Of a stretch of DNA of 64,000 nt, positions 27,784 through 41,500 are shown in pieces. The stretch comes from the human T2T-CHM13v2.0 reference genome, Homo sapiens. Location of the stretch: assembly GCF_009914755.1 (NCBI RefSeq), contig NC_060928.1; one strand, written 5' to 3'. The notes under the pieces are model-generated. The model saw only the letters and a list, made by a program, of their open reading frames with translations. It ran no database searches and was not told the origin of the DNA. Numbering within the stretch: position 1 is the first letter of the stretch; the number at the start of each line of letters is the position of its first letter. Position numbers and translations under genes: made by a program.

Positions 27784-28355
27784 TGATACCAGTGGGGTAT
27801 GGGAGGTCCCCAAACGCTGGTGGGAACTTGACCTCAGCCAGTATCCAGGCTCTTGACACCATTGCGAGAACGAATTCAAGAATGAGTTAGAAAAGAGTGA
27901 AAGTATAGAGATTTATTGAAAAATGAAAAGTACACACTCAAGAAAGAGGAGTGTGGGTATACTCAAGAAAGATTCATGCAAGGGGGTTTGGGGCTGCTAC
28001 CTCTATGGGTGTCTTTAACTAAAGGGTAGAATATTTATAAACATTCCTGGAAAAGGGTGATTTCTTGGACTTGTGGTGCCACCATTTTTACACCAAATAT
28101 GAATGTGCCTGGAACTAAGACACTGGTGGGTGTGTGACTTGTATGTTACTGAGGTCTTAGGAGAAACCTAGGTCAAATCCAGTGCCATGGTGGATCCAGT
28201 GGGTCTTAGCCAACTTGACCTACACCTTGGTTTTTTAGGGTCTTATCAGCTGTTTATGCAGCTATTTCAACAGTTTCCACTTGCTAGACATGTGAAACTG
28301 CTGCTTGGAATTTTCTGTTCTCCTGTGACCACCCTGTCTGTATTGTTCCTGTCTC
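27784..28355 (-). mobile_element. ERV1 (MER4-group; MER66/LTR29-like) solo LTR
   Basis: Minus strand begins tgagacaggaacaatac..gaaaattccaagcagcagtttcacatg..gatttgacctaggtttc; polyA signal (tttattg at ~27913); ends ..tatca. Confidence 0.75.
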
Positions 28356-28483
28356 AGTGGAGTTCAGACAAGAGAGAGATACTTCTGCTTGGAGGAAACT
28401 GACTCCTTCAAAGGATAGCCTTTTTGCTGGTCCGCAAACAGATAAGCAGTTGAGCAAAGGCACAGTGTAGAATATATTTAAAG

Positions 28484-28592
28484 TAGGATTGTCAGATTTA
28501 GCAAGTGATAAACTTTTTAAACTATAAGTATTTTCATGCAAATAATGAATCCAAATGTATTTTGGAAACCCGCAATTCATCTGGCAGTCTCA
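28484..28592. mobile_element. MER53-like hAT MITE remnant
   Basis: Degenerate TIRs 'taggattgtcagat' and 'atctggcagtctca'. Confidence 0.5.
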
Positions 28593-29264
28593 TAATCTAG
28601 GCCTACGGAGCCACTGAAGGTGTTAGAGTAGTTAGAGTAGCACAATCAAGGCAGTGATTCAGAGACATTGCTCTGGAACCAGCAATGTGCTGGCTTGAGG
28701 TTTTAAAAAAAAGATATTTTAAAGATATTTTAGGAAAAAAATTAAATCAGCTTGAATGAGAGTAGTGACAGTAAAATCAAAGGCAAGAAGAATTTTGAAA
28801 GAAGAATCAAGAGGACTTGGCAATTGCAAAATATAGAATACAAGGGAGAGGGAGAACTCAGAACTGCCACAAGCATTTAAGCCTGGGTAACTTGAGGATC
28901 ATTGAACCATTTCAGAAAGAAATCAGGAAATAAAGAAACATGAGAGGAAAGAGAATGAGCTTAGTTTGTGACATTTTGAGTTTGCAGAGCTGGGAGATCC
29001 TCAAAAGGAAGATGTCCAATGGCTTTGGAGAAATGTCAGAGCTAGAGATAGAGATCTGAGAGTTATCTACTTAGAGAAGAGAAAAACTAAATCTCCATTT
29101 GCTTTCTGTCTTTACATTATATTTATCTTATCCTTGATATGATGCTGACTTAATTCCCAAATAGAGAGAAAAGGTTTACACCACAATCTGTGTTTGTATT
29201 TCGTGTAATAAAATAGCATTGCTGATGCTTTCAGTGTTACTATTCTGTGCAGAGGAATCATTCA

Positions 29265-29815
<551 letters not shown>

Positions 29816-31079
29816 TCTTTTACTGTGAAGGAATTTTTGTCTGTTTTAATAATCAACAATAGCAAAAAAGTCTAAGTGTACTTAAATGTTCAGGCTGCTA
29901 TATCAGGTGACAAACTGCTTACATTTAATATATTGTACTTACTTGCGATTTTAAATCCTACCAAGAAAAGTTAAGGGTACACAAACAAATAATTGGTGCA
30001 AAAGTATAAAAAGCAGGCAAATCAGTAAAATTTTTCATTTTTCCAATTGCAAATGCATTTTAATTTTAATTCTTTTTTAATTGACAAATCAAAGGTGTAT
30101 TTATTTACCATGTACTTAATTGACTTTTATGCTGAATATACATATGTTCTGCCATCATGAAGATGTAGTGAATAGCTTCCAGGAATAAAGTCCCTGGCAT
30201 TTCTAAAGTAAGCTAAGTAAAACTATTGATCTTGTTCTAATTACCAACACACAGGACTATTTTTGACATTAAATGTTATCATCATACTAACAAGACTAAT
30301 ATTTTTATCCTGCCACAAACAATTATTTAATGATACAGTAAAACCCCAATGTTCTGAAGCTAAAAAGGCTTTAAATGAGTGCACAATATTGGCATTGACA
30401 GAAGAAATTGAACACTATTTTTGCTGACTTTGTTGTATTTTAAATAAAATTCTGCAGTTATCTGTCATATCAGACCAAAGGGAAAACCTTATATATTCAT
30501 AGGAAGAGGCAGTTTTGACAATTCAAATATATGCATTTCCAAGAGAAACTAAAATGGCTTGGAAGGTTAGTTGAATTGAGCAACTGTGCACAATTTATTT
30601 CCAAACATACTACATTTCTGCAAAACCATGACAATCACCTGGCATGAACTCTGGTTACCCAAGTGAAAAACTTGCCTGAGATAATCTAGTGAAAACAACA
30701 AATAGCAGTTGTTTTCCTAATTGAGAAGTTCGGTAATTTGAAACTGAAGTGAAAAAGGTTTTAGAAAGGCCACTGGGACAAGAGTTCTCTAAGGTTCCAA
30801 AAATTTTAGTATATCCTACTAATATCCGAGTTTATTATTTCTCTCCTAAGCTGGTGATATCACTCCTGAGTCCACCTCATAGATCCATTAATCACTAGGT
30901 GTAATAGTACAATACTTTAATTCATTTTGAATCCTTTTGAGTGTCAGGTGTATTTCACATTGTTAACTGACTTGTATGGAAGACTTTGATTTCCTGTGTG
31001 ATGTTTGTAAATTGCTGTTTGTCTCTTTAACCACGTACTTTGAATCATCGTTTTCTCTGGGAAGTCAACATTTTTCTAT

Positions 31080-31252
31080 GGCCATGTTCGTCAAAGAATG
31101 GTCACTGGACCACCTGCATCAGAAACTCTTGGGATGTTTGTTAAATAGCAGATTTCTGGGCCCTTCCCAGACCTACTGTATATAAATGTCTATGGGTTAA
31201 GTTTAAGAATTCTTGAGTGAACCTTAAATGCATTAAAGTTTGATTATCAATG
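31080..31252. mobile_element. MER5A/B (hAT-Charlie)
   Basis: 'ggaccacctgcatcagaa..tttgttaaatagcagatttctgggcccttcccagacctactg'. Confidence 0.75.
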
Positions 31253-31349
31253 TTCTATAGGCCAAGAGATGGGAAGAAAGATTTCAATCTTTTTTTTTTC
31301 TAAGAAGAATCACTTTTTATTTAAGTAGATCGGAAAATTCAATACAATT

Positions 31350-31691
31350 TGTATTAGTCTGTTTTCATGCTGCTGATAAAGACATACCCGAGATTGGGCA
31401 ATTTACAGAAGAAGGAGCTTTAATGGACTCACAGTTCCACATGGCTGGGGAGGCCTCACAATCATGGCGAAAGGTGAAAGGCACGTCTCACATGGCAGCA
31501 GACAAGCAAAGAGAGCTTGTGCAGGGAAACACCCTTATAAAACCATCAGATCTCATGAGACTTATTCACTATCATGAGAAGAGCATGGGAAAGACCTACT
31601 CCCACGATTCAATTGCCTCCCATCGGGTCCCTCCCACAACATGTGGGAATTCAAAATGAGATTTGTGTGGGGACATAGCCAAACCATATCA
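31350..31691 (-). mobile_element. THE1B-like MaLR solo LTR
   Basis: tgtattagtctgttttcatgctgctgataaagacataccc..ccaaaccatatca; TSD caatt/ccatt (1 mismatch). Confidence 0.93.
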
Positions 31692-32139
31692 CCATTTATG
31701 CAGAAACTTAATTATTTGTAATGTATTAACAGATATCCAAGGAAGACAGGACTCCAGTCTTCTCAGCACGTTCAGAGCTAAAGCTAATCTAGATGCCTCT
31801 CCAGAGATGTAACTGTTTGGTTTTGTGGGTGATAAGAGAAGCTTAAAAAATAGCTATAGATCTAATTCTTATGATACATGAAAACATTTTTAGGAGAAAT
31901 AAAAGCAAATATTCCCTAACATTATAGGATATATATGTTTCCGTGGCTCAGGAGGCCAGGGTTTTTTACAGGAGCACTGAGAAATTTAGGGAAGTATTGT
32001 TTTCTTACAGTTTCATTGGTCTATCTATCCTTCACCAGGTGGCATAAATGCTCCAACTTGGTTCTTCTGTCTCAAGATTGTTTTAACTGTTTTACTTTTT
32101 TTTTAATTTCTATATGATTTTAGAAAGAGCTTACACTTT

Positions 32140-32460
32140 CCATGGTAGGCTGAGTAGTGGCCCCAAGATATTTAGGTCCTAATTCCTGGAGCCTAGGAAT
32201 ATTATTTATACAGCAAGAGGGACTTTGTGGATTTGACTAAGTTAAGGATTTTAAATGGGAATATTATCATGGATTATCCAAGTAGGTGCTAAATATAATT
32301 TCAAGTGTCCTTATAAGAGGGAAGAAGAGGGAGACTTGACTACAGAAGATGAAAAGGCCATGTGACAATGGAAACAGAGATTGGAGTGACATGGCCACAA
32401 GCCAAACAATGCTGGGTGCCAGCAGAAGTTAAGGAGAGGAACGGAACCTCCCTGGCACTG
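32140..32460 (+). mobile_element. MLT1 (C/D-like) MaLR LTR, partial
   Basis: 'ggccccaaga..gtcctaattcctgga..ggactttg..taagttaagga..ggattatcc..cagagattggagtga..gccacaagccaa'. Confidence 0.8.
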
Positions 32461-32630
32461 ACTGAAGAATGTAGTAAAAGAAAACTCTGCAAAGAAACAA
32501 GTTGGTCTATATGGACTAGTCACAAAGGGGGTTAGGATGAACTACATGCATCACTCCGTGTGATGAAAGAGCAGAAAATGCATCAATGGAGGAGATCGTT
32601 TCACGTATCCTGACTCCATGGAAAATTATT

Positions 32631-32797
32631 ATTAGTACTATTAGTTTAGAGATGGGGGTCTCACTCTGTCACCCAGCCTGCAGTACAGTGGCACGATCAT
32701 AGCATCCTGCAGACTTAAACTCCTTAAACTCAAGTGATCCTCCTGCCTCAGCCTCCCAAGTAGCTGGAATTATAGGTATGAGCCACCACACCTAGCT
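32631..32797 (-). mobile_element. FLAM (Alu monomer)
   Basis: Single arm; TSD ctccatggaaaattatt / ctccagggaaaattatt. Confidence 0.9.
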
Positions 32798-33059
32798 TGC
32801 TCCAGGGAAAATTATTAAGGTCTCGTAAGGTATGTGTAGTGGCTTTAAGTGGCAGTTTTGCCAAAAATTATGCAGAATATTCTTTTGCCAAAATTTATGC
32901 AGAATATTCTTCATATAGTTGGTCCTTATTTATGACCTTAGTAAAGAACTGAGGGCATTTATCATGGTACTGTGACATTGTTTCTACAGGGGACTAAAGT
33001 AATGACAGTCCACCTACACAGATTCAGTGACCAAAAAAAAAAAACCCACTTCCATTTTT

Positions 33060-33250
33060 TTGTGCTGTTAATAAATGGCACTTTACATATATAAATGTAA
33101 ATTATTTGAACATTTTGCAAGGTAGATGTTGTTATCTTTAACAGGTGAAGAAACTGGGTTCAAAGAAATAGTTTAAGTTACTCAAAGTGGCAGAGCTGGG
33201 AATTCAATTCAAATCTATTTAAAACAATGTAGCCCATGCTTTTTCTATAT
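33060..33250 (-). mobile_element. MIR
   Basis: 'acaggtgaagaaactgggttcaaaga..gtggcagagctgggaattcaa'. Confidence 0.7.
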
Positions 33251-34082
33251 TTGATATATGAGAATGTGTTAGGGAAAAGTATGATGGTATGTTCTCTAAA
33301 TTATCCCATCAAATACAATTGGCTCAATCAAGTTTTGGATAAGAATTGAAGCTTCCTATACAAGCAAGTGTCTAAATACAGGTATTCTGATAGTTTAAAA
33401 GAGACTTAAGGGAAAAAAAAAGAGGCCTGAACACTTTAGTTAATTCCTTTGTATGTAAAAATATTGATGATTTATTGTGAAAGTTCAAGATCCTCTTTTG
33501 GTATTCTGGTGTCAATGAAGAGCGAATTCATTTTTGCACAGTGAATTCAAGGAAAATCAGGACTGAATTTGCTGCAGCAAGCAACTTTAGATACGTTCCA
33601 GTGTTCCAATAAGAATTCATCAGAAAACTCAGAAATATACAGCATAACATATGAATAAGGTGGTTTTAGCCTAAAAGTTTTTGAGAAGACGTTCTGTGTC
33701 TCAACATGGTGGTTGTACAGTATTTCATTTTAAATGCACTGAAGCTTCACTGCCTTCCAGGAGCCACTTAATACTATCCCTTTGATTGGGGGGTGCAAAA
33801 ATGATTTGGGGTTAGATTTAGTTAATAATGAGCTGTCCTTTCTGAAAACAATTGGCCAGGCAGGTTCTAGCTTATTAAAATCAACCCTACAATGTGATGA
33901 TAAAACAATATTGAAGATTACTTCGATAGAAGTTTCTCTCTTATGAAGGGAGCACACAGCTGTTTTATCTAAAATCTGATTCTCATTACCTAAGTATTGT
34001 TTAAGAATGAAGTCGAAACATGTAGTTGCATGTCAGTTGGGCTGGGGATTTTATCTGCCAAAATGCCTTCCTCTGATACTTA

Positions 34083-34479
<397 letters not shown>

Positions 34480-35049
34480 CTACTGAGTCAAATGATGGCA
34501 ATACATAAAATAAGGAAACCTGTTTTTCTCACTGGAAAAGCATGTTTTTCTTGAGATGACCAAATATAGTCAAATTCAGCAAGTATAGTTGTACAACTAT
34601 TATTGTTCCTAAATTTTGTATGTCTCTTAGAGACATTCATTTACACATTTTAATAATGCTGAGACAATTGTTATCCAGGACTGACCTTGATGTTGTTTTA
34701 ATTTGTCTTGATGGAATCATGGCTTTTGGATAATTAAGTGATTATTTGAGTTTCTATACCTAAGAAGATTTACTAATGTGTTTTCAAAAATGTAACTGCA
34801 CCATTTTGAGACCAGCTTCCTCTTTGCTGAAAGTTAATGTTACTTTTAATACATTGCTAAGCACAAACGTGGGGCTCATGTCATCATGCATTATTGCACA
34901 GATAGGCAATGTCTGTAATCTTTGGATGGTACATGGGTCTGTACCACATTAAGTTGACCCAGAGAATATCCATCTGGGAACCAAGGGATTCTTTTTTCCC
35001 TTAATCTAGGATTTTTTCATCTTAAAACCAACACTTCAGGATAGATAAA

Positions 35050-35614
35050 CCATAGGATGACTCCCCAATAATGCTGAATTCCTTGTGTTTATGCCTTTTT
35101 GTTTTGTCTTCCTTTTGAATGCAGGTAGAGCCTGTGATTTGCTTCTAACCAATAGACTATGGCAAAGGTGATGGATCATCACCTCCCTGATTAGTTTAGG
35201 TGAGACCTCATCTTGATGGACTTGAGGGAGATTCTGTTTGAGGGATTGATGAATGAAATGGCCATGTTGCAGAAGCCCATATGGCAAGGGACTTTTGGCA
35301 GCCTCTAGGAACTGTGCTTGCCTCCAGCTGATGGCTAACAAAGAGCTGGCCCTAGGTCCTACAGCTGGAAGAAAATGAATTCTGCCAACAGCCTGAGTGA
35401 GGTAGGGAGGAGAATCATCCCCAACTAACCCTCTAGATGAAAATGGAGCCCAGCTGATACCTTGATTGCAGTCACGTGAGACTCTAATCATAGGATCCAG
35501 TCAAGCTGTGCTGACCCCAGGCTCCTGGCCCATGGAAACTGAGATAATTAATGTGTGCTGTTTTAAGCTGCTAAATTTGTTGTAATTTCTTATGTAGCAA
35601 TGAAATGCTAATGT
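35050..35614 (+). mobile_element. MLT1 (E/F-like) MaLR LTR
   Basis: 'gcttctaaccaataga..ggcaaaggtgatgg..atggccatgttg..tgaattctgccaaca..gttttaagctgctaaatttg'. Confidence 0.85.
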
Positions 35615-36421
35615 AAGATTTTTAAAAATATCAAGTCAATGAATGAATGTCTTTAATGTCAGAGATTCGGGAGTAACCTGGTGTTTTTCACTCCTCTGCT
35701 CCTGCCATATAGAGAGGAAAGAGGCAATCTGTACTGTGAAATAACCACAGAGGTTGGTTAATGTATGCCAAAAATAGGAGGATCAGCAGCTGCTGCCAGA
35801 GGCCTGGCATTTTTTTCTAATATTTGTAGCTTAAAAAACAAGTGTCCAGTGTTGTGCTGCATTGACTAGCTAAATAGGGTGAAACAGAACTTGCTTGTTA
35901 GGGCTCAGTTAACATTCATTATTTAGATATTTTTTTAGACCATCTGTTTTCAGCAGTCTGACTCTCTATACATTGTTATAAGAATTTGACAGATTAATCT
36001 GAGAAAAAAATTACATTCAATCAAGGGATACTTTTAAGATGTTGGAGAGTTGAGTGGACAGAAAAAAAATAAACATACACAGAGGAATGCAGAAAAAATG
36101 TCACGCAAGAGAAATTTTATACGTTGCTTATCGCTAAGGTGCCTGCAAACTCAACTGTGCTTGGTCATGCTTGTTTCTGATTGTTTCCTCTGTTACTTTT
36201 GGCTTTTAAAATAAGTGCTCTAATATGTGGACCACCACTAGTAGTTTGACAGATTTAGGTTTACTTCCTTGCTGTCCTGCCTATCTTCTTTGAGTCTCCA
36301 TTTCTCTAATTATATATTATATATTTGTGCTACGCATTTCTACTATAGTGGATTGGGATATAAATGAAAGGAAAAATTAAGAAATACCAATTCAAAGAGG
36401 AGCAAAGATGAATTGTTCCCC

Positions 36422-36600
36422 CAAGCTAATTAATCTATTTGTTGCCTCAAATATTTGACTTTTTTGTGGTTAGAACATTTAAGATTTACTCTTAGTTCAT
36501 TAGGTTGATTTAATCATTCCACATTATATTCAAAAATTATCACATCACTCTGTACCCCATAAATCTATACAACTATAATTTATCAATAAATAATTTTTTT
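36422..36600 (+). mobile_element. Very short 5'-inverted L1MA 3'-end insertion
   Basis: Antisense L1MA UTR at 36422-36495, then sense UTR and tail at 36500-36600; TSD aattgttcccc / aaatgctcccc. Confidence 0.8.
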
Positions 36601-36819
36601 AAATGCTCCCCCCCAAATATCTGAGAGTAGTGTGTATACTCTTTACAGGCATTGGAAATTATTTACAAATAATATGTGATTCATTATAGCTATGTATCTT
36701 TCCATCCTGCTAATTACTCAAAGATTAGCAAATCAAAGATTGAGTTGGGAAGTTTTTCACAGCAGCTAAAACCAAATTATTTATACATTCTTACAAACAT
36801 GGCCACTGTATTTTTCCCG

Positions 36820-37040
36820 TATTACCTCTCTGACCTTAGATATATCATTTGATAGGTCCAGATCTCAATTTCTTAAAATGTAAATTGAGATATTGGAAAC
36901 TTATTGTTGTAAAGTTGAACTGTGAATTCACTGTGATCTTAACACATACCTCACAGAGTTGTTTGAAAGCTGAAATGAGAAAACATACTTTGCATTGTAT
37001 CTGACTCTTGGTAGGTGCTTAGTAAATTTACACGATCATT
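36820..37040 (+). mobile_element. MIR remnant(s)
   Basis: 'tgaccttaga..tctcaatttcttaaaatgtaaa..acctcacagagttgtttg..gtaggtgcttagtaaat'. Confidence 0.65.
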
Positions 37041-38299
37041 CATTTTCTTATCATTTCCTTTGATTTCTAGTTTAATTTTCTATTTATGATTTGATATGGA
37101 GGCAGCAAAACCTAGACACTATGTAAAAATAAGTAGAGACTTCCATAGAAGGAGGTGGGTTTTTTTTTCTCTCACAATGGAGTAGTTGCATTTAACATAT
37201 CTATTTACAAATGGGTCTGTCTTCCAAAGCATTATAACCCGTAATTACAACATTCAGGCAATGATACCCACACAGGTAATTCTTAGGACTGTATACCACA
37301 TGACAGTGAATTCAGCTGGGGCTTTGCATATGCACACATGCCATGGTGAGTTCTCTCTATTTCCTAGGTTGTGGCAATGACAAGATCATTTATTGCTTTC
37401 CATTGTCTTGTTATTTATTGTCACAACAATACTAAGCATAAAGCCTCTTCGTAATTATGTAGCAGAGGAGCTCACAAAAAGGCATTCCATAAATATAAAT
37501 TAGAATTCTCATATAAATTGTTTCCAACAGTAAGTGGCATTGGCCATTGACGTATTCATTTTATTGCATTTTGAATGCAGGATTGATTGTTGGTATCTAG
37601 ACATCACCTATTTAACAGAGACATCTTTTCTGCATTGTGAGTCACTCACACAGTTTTAACAAACTGCCAAGCACATTCAAATGTGTACAAAGGATAGGTG
37701 GCCCAATGACATATTCCACACAACACAGAATTATTTATCCCACCTGCCATAAGTGTAATGGAAAGGCAGAATAATAACAAACTGTATTTCTTGTAAATAG
37801 GGACACAAGATTTAAGTCTGGAGCTGGAATAAGCCACATGTAGGCACAATGTGTTCATGATACATAACAGCTAAATTGGTGGATGAGACTATAAATTGTT
37901 TGCATTTAGAAGAGGTGACTTAATGATGAAATGGAGCCAGAATAAGAGTCTCACTGAGAAGCAGACCCCACAAAGAACTGTGTTTTGTAGGCAGAATGAA
38001 GTGCCAATGTGCAAAATATTTCTGAAAATGACTTTTGACACTGCCATGGCATGTTTAAATTGGTGGCAATTTGTAGCAGTATTGGAATCTAGCAGCAATA
38101 TAAAAATATAGAGGGAAGTCAACTGTCACAACCAAACTTGGACAACTTCAGTGTATTGCAGGATTGCAAAACAGAACAGTTCCAGTTATGTTGCTAGCTA
38201 CAAGGACTGAAAAAGTCAGGCACAGTCCCTCCTGGAACTTCCTCCAGGTCTCAGTTCAAATTCGGAAAGTCGTATAAGCCTTACCCACGATCTGACCTA

Positions 38300-38592
38300 A
38301 CCCCGTGCCTTAGTACTTCTTGCTCATCTTGCACTGCTTTATTTTTCTCCAAAGCCCTGCTGCTTTTCTTTTTTACTACCACCCCCCTTCACTCTCTCTC
38401 TCTCTCTCACACACACACTCCCATACACACACACACACACTCACACACAAACTTAATTGTCTGTTTTCCCTACTGAAATATGAGCTCCATAAGGGCTAAT
38501 GTTTTTGTTTTGTTCACTGCTGTATATACCCAGAGCCTACAGGGGTACCTAGGACATAGTAAGCACTCCAAGTATTTGTCTAATGAATGAAT
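38300..38592 (+). mobile_element. L2 3' end with embedded (CT)n/(CA)n
   Basis: 'tgagctccataaggg..ttgttcactgctgtata..acatagtaagcactc..tatttgtctaatgaatgaat'. Confidence 0.85.
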
Positions 38593-41500
38593 ACAGTATG
38601 AAATTAGAAATCACTGCATCAAATTGCCCTATATTTTAAAGGCTGGTGAGTTGAGGCAGAGGTGTCATGTGCAAGAGTGTGGCAATTGGTATACAGTGAC
38701 AACACCTTGGTACACGTGCTTCAGAGAGCAGAAACTCTTGACCTTCTAACATTTTGAAGGTCTAAGCCTCAACTCTCCTAAATGCCTGGCAGACACAGCA
38801 CTGCCCAACCCAGTCAGCGTGCTTATCGGCAGGGAGGGGTTCTGCCGATCTGACAGTAGGAATGGAATCACATCATGTTTAGAGCTTCTAGCCATGTCAA
38901 GGGAAAATTTGGCAGGTGGTGTATGGCTGAAATGAGATCTCTGAGCTCAATATTATCCCATTCAAACGTCCCTTTCTCATTAATGTAAAGCTAAGCAACC
39001 AACCAAGGGGAAAACCCACAGTTCTTTGTTTCCATCACTGAAGAAAAGCAAGTGTCTTTTTAGGGGAATGGTTACTGTAGACAGACTCATAGTCAGTAAT
39101 GGGTTAAAGGTGCTGAAAGCCCATCTGTAAAAAGCTAGAATTACTAACATTTACTGACAGCAATTGTGACAATGGAAAAAGATTTTCTTAAAGCTAATTC
39201 AAACAATCTCTGAGTGGTCATTTGTAGCAGTAAAATAGTTTGCTGCTGTGATAGAGGCTTTAGAGAGATTTTTTTTTCCCCTTATCGTTGAGCTAACCAA
39301 GCACATATTGAAGCTCACTTGGGAAAGGAGGGAAGGAAATGTGGGAGACATATATCTAATTAAAAAGTATTCGTTCCTCTGTTCTCAAACTAATGTGCTA
39401 CGCCATTATTTCGCTACATAATGAGTGAAACATTGGTGCAAAATTAGGCATCACCTTAGGACAGCATGAGCCATTAATCAAACAATAATTTTAAGGGTTG
39501 TCATGGAAGGAAGGTTCAGGTTTATTCTTGGCTTTTTTTTTTTTTAAGTAGTGCAAGCTGCTAGGTAGTGAAGCTCTGGAAAAAAGAAACATCAAATCTT
39601 AAAAATTAGAATCTTTTCCTTTAAACTGAAATAACATGCCTATTCATTCTTAGAGGTTGTCACTTGTATTCAGAATTGCCTTCAAGATTTTCTTTTGGGC
39701 TTCTCATCACTGAAAGTAGTTTAGTCTACCCAAAAGAAGAGATAAGTGAAGTTAGGAACTTTAAATTGTTGGTTAAATTGGGTAAAAATTTGGGCAGGTA
39801 AACTTACCACTTTATGCTTTTCTCTCCCATGTCATAACCTATACGAAGACTAAATACACTACTGTAGCTTTTACACAGTATTAAAATCACAGTTTGAAGG
39901 TTTGAGATATTAAAATGACCAGTTAATTCAGTCAAAAATTAAACAAATGGAATTTGGCTGATTTCATTGCCTTGAAACTTGTTGATTTGAAATTTCTAAA
40001 ACTACTATTGCCTTGACATTTTTTCCTGGCCGCTTAGACTTTTAAAATGTTCTCACTGTGTCAGTGTGGATGATGGAAATATCTGTTTCATTCATAACAG
40101 TAAAATGCCACTCCCATGTAAGATTCAGAACCTATTGTTTTAATTCTCTGTCTCCTTCCCCTTAAGAGCGAAATATTATTACTCAATTGAGTTTTGAAAT
40201 CCCTCTGTGTTTGAAAGAGGCCCATTTGGTCTGTTTGCTATGGCTGCTGACACCTCTGGGCCCTGCAACTACATCAGCTCCCTGGGCTGTGCATATCAGA
40301 GCTACAATACTGCTCACACCAGAGGACAGATGATTTCTTTCTGCAGCACAATTGTATTCCCCCAGGACAGCTAATGATCAATAGTCGTATCTTCAAAGAA
40401 TTTGCCATTTGTCAGTAGGAAGACAGGTAAGAGGAGACTTGGGAACACTAAATGGAGAAAAATAAGTTTTATTTCCATCAGTGATGTGATTGGTAGGCAG
40501 TTCAGCAGATGAAACAAGAAAGGCTAAACCAAAAGGCCGTAAGTTAAGGAAGTCTGCCTGCACTATGTTATAGCAACAGGAGAGCAGCGACAGGTACCAA
40601 CCATAGAACCTTAATTGCTACCCAGAAATTGATTGCAGTCTGTTAGTCAATCATTAAATGAAATGGTAAAAATGACCAGTAAGATACGTTGTAATGAAAG
40701 TAGATCTATGAAGTAAAACTTTCGAAGGAGTAAATATGAATTTACAGCCAGGTAAGAATCTTAGCCAATTAATTCATACTATTAAAATTTAAGCTAAAAT
40801 CAAACTAAATGAAAAATTAAAAGGATATCATATCTGGATTACAGCTGAGAATAAAATGAAACAAGTATGATATCCAGATCGGTGCATTTTTTTCAAAAAA
40901 ATTTTTAGATAATTAGCTTTACATAACCCATATTGATGGGTTGACATGTTACCCTTTCCTGACACTCTCAGGAACACCTGGAAAATCAGGCCATTTCTTT
41001 TACCATGGAGCCTTATTGATCAGTTTAACAGAAAATACCACAAAATACGGATTTCCAAAATTCTACGTAGCTGCAAATAGAAAGAATTCAAAATATTTAG
41101 AATTCTTGACTGATTATTTTTCCAAAGGTTTTTTAATCTTTGGAAAGATAGAAAAACCTAGCAACAGTGATTGCCTTTAGAGAGGGAAACTGAGGCATTA
41201 GGAGGCATAATTGGGAAACATTTTTACCCTATATACTTTGGTATCTTTTGAAATTTGGTTAATGGGCATGTATTATTTATTTATATGTATCTTTTTAAAT
41301 ACATATTATATTTTCAAATTTATACATTGAAACATTTAAATTATATATTTAAAAATATATAAGTATATAATTTAAAACTTTCTCAAAAATAGTATTTCCT
41401 ATCTAAGGCTTGAGTCTTTGGGATAGGCTTGCTTCTCTGATCCCTAATAGGTCTCAGCACCTAATATAAAGGTGAAATAATAAACCACTAAAGGCTCACT

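Larger units (their letters stand above)
27585..29080 (-). mobile_element. L2 fragments interrupted by an ERV1 LTR and a MER53-like remnant
   Basis: 'atttattcaataaatattgaatgc..gacatggacccttgttctccaggaacttaca'; 'ggagccactgaagg', 'gagctagagatagagatctgagagttatc'. Confidence 0.7.

Noticed and set aside
35036-35491. Longest ORF (151 aa)
   Set aside because: Lies within an MLT1 LTR, antisense; no recognisable domain
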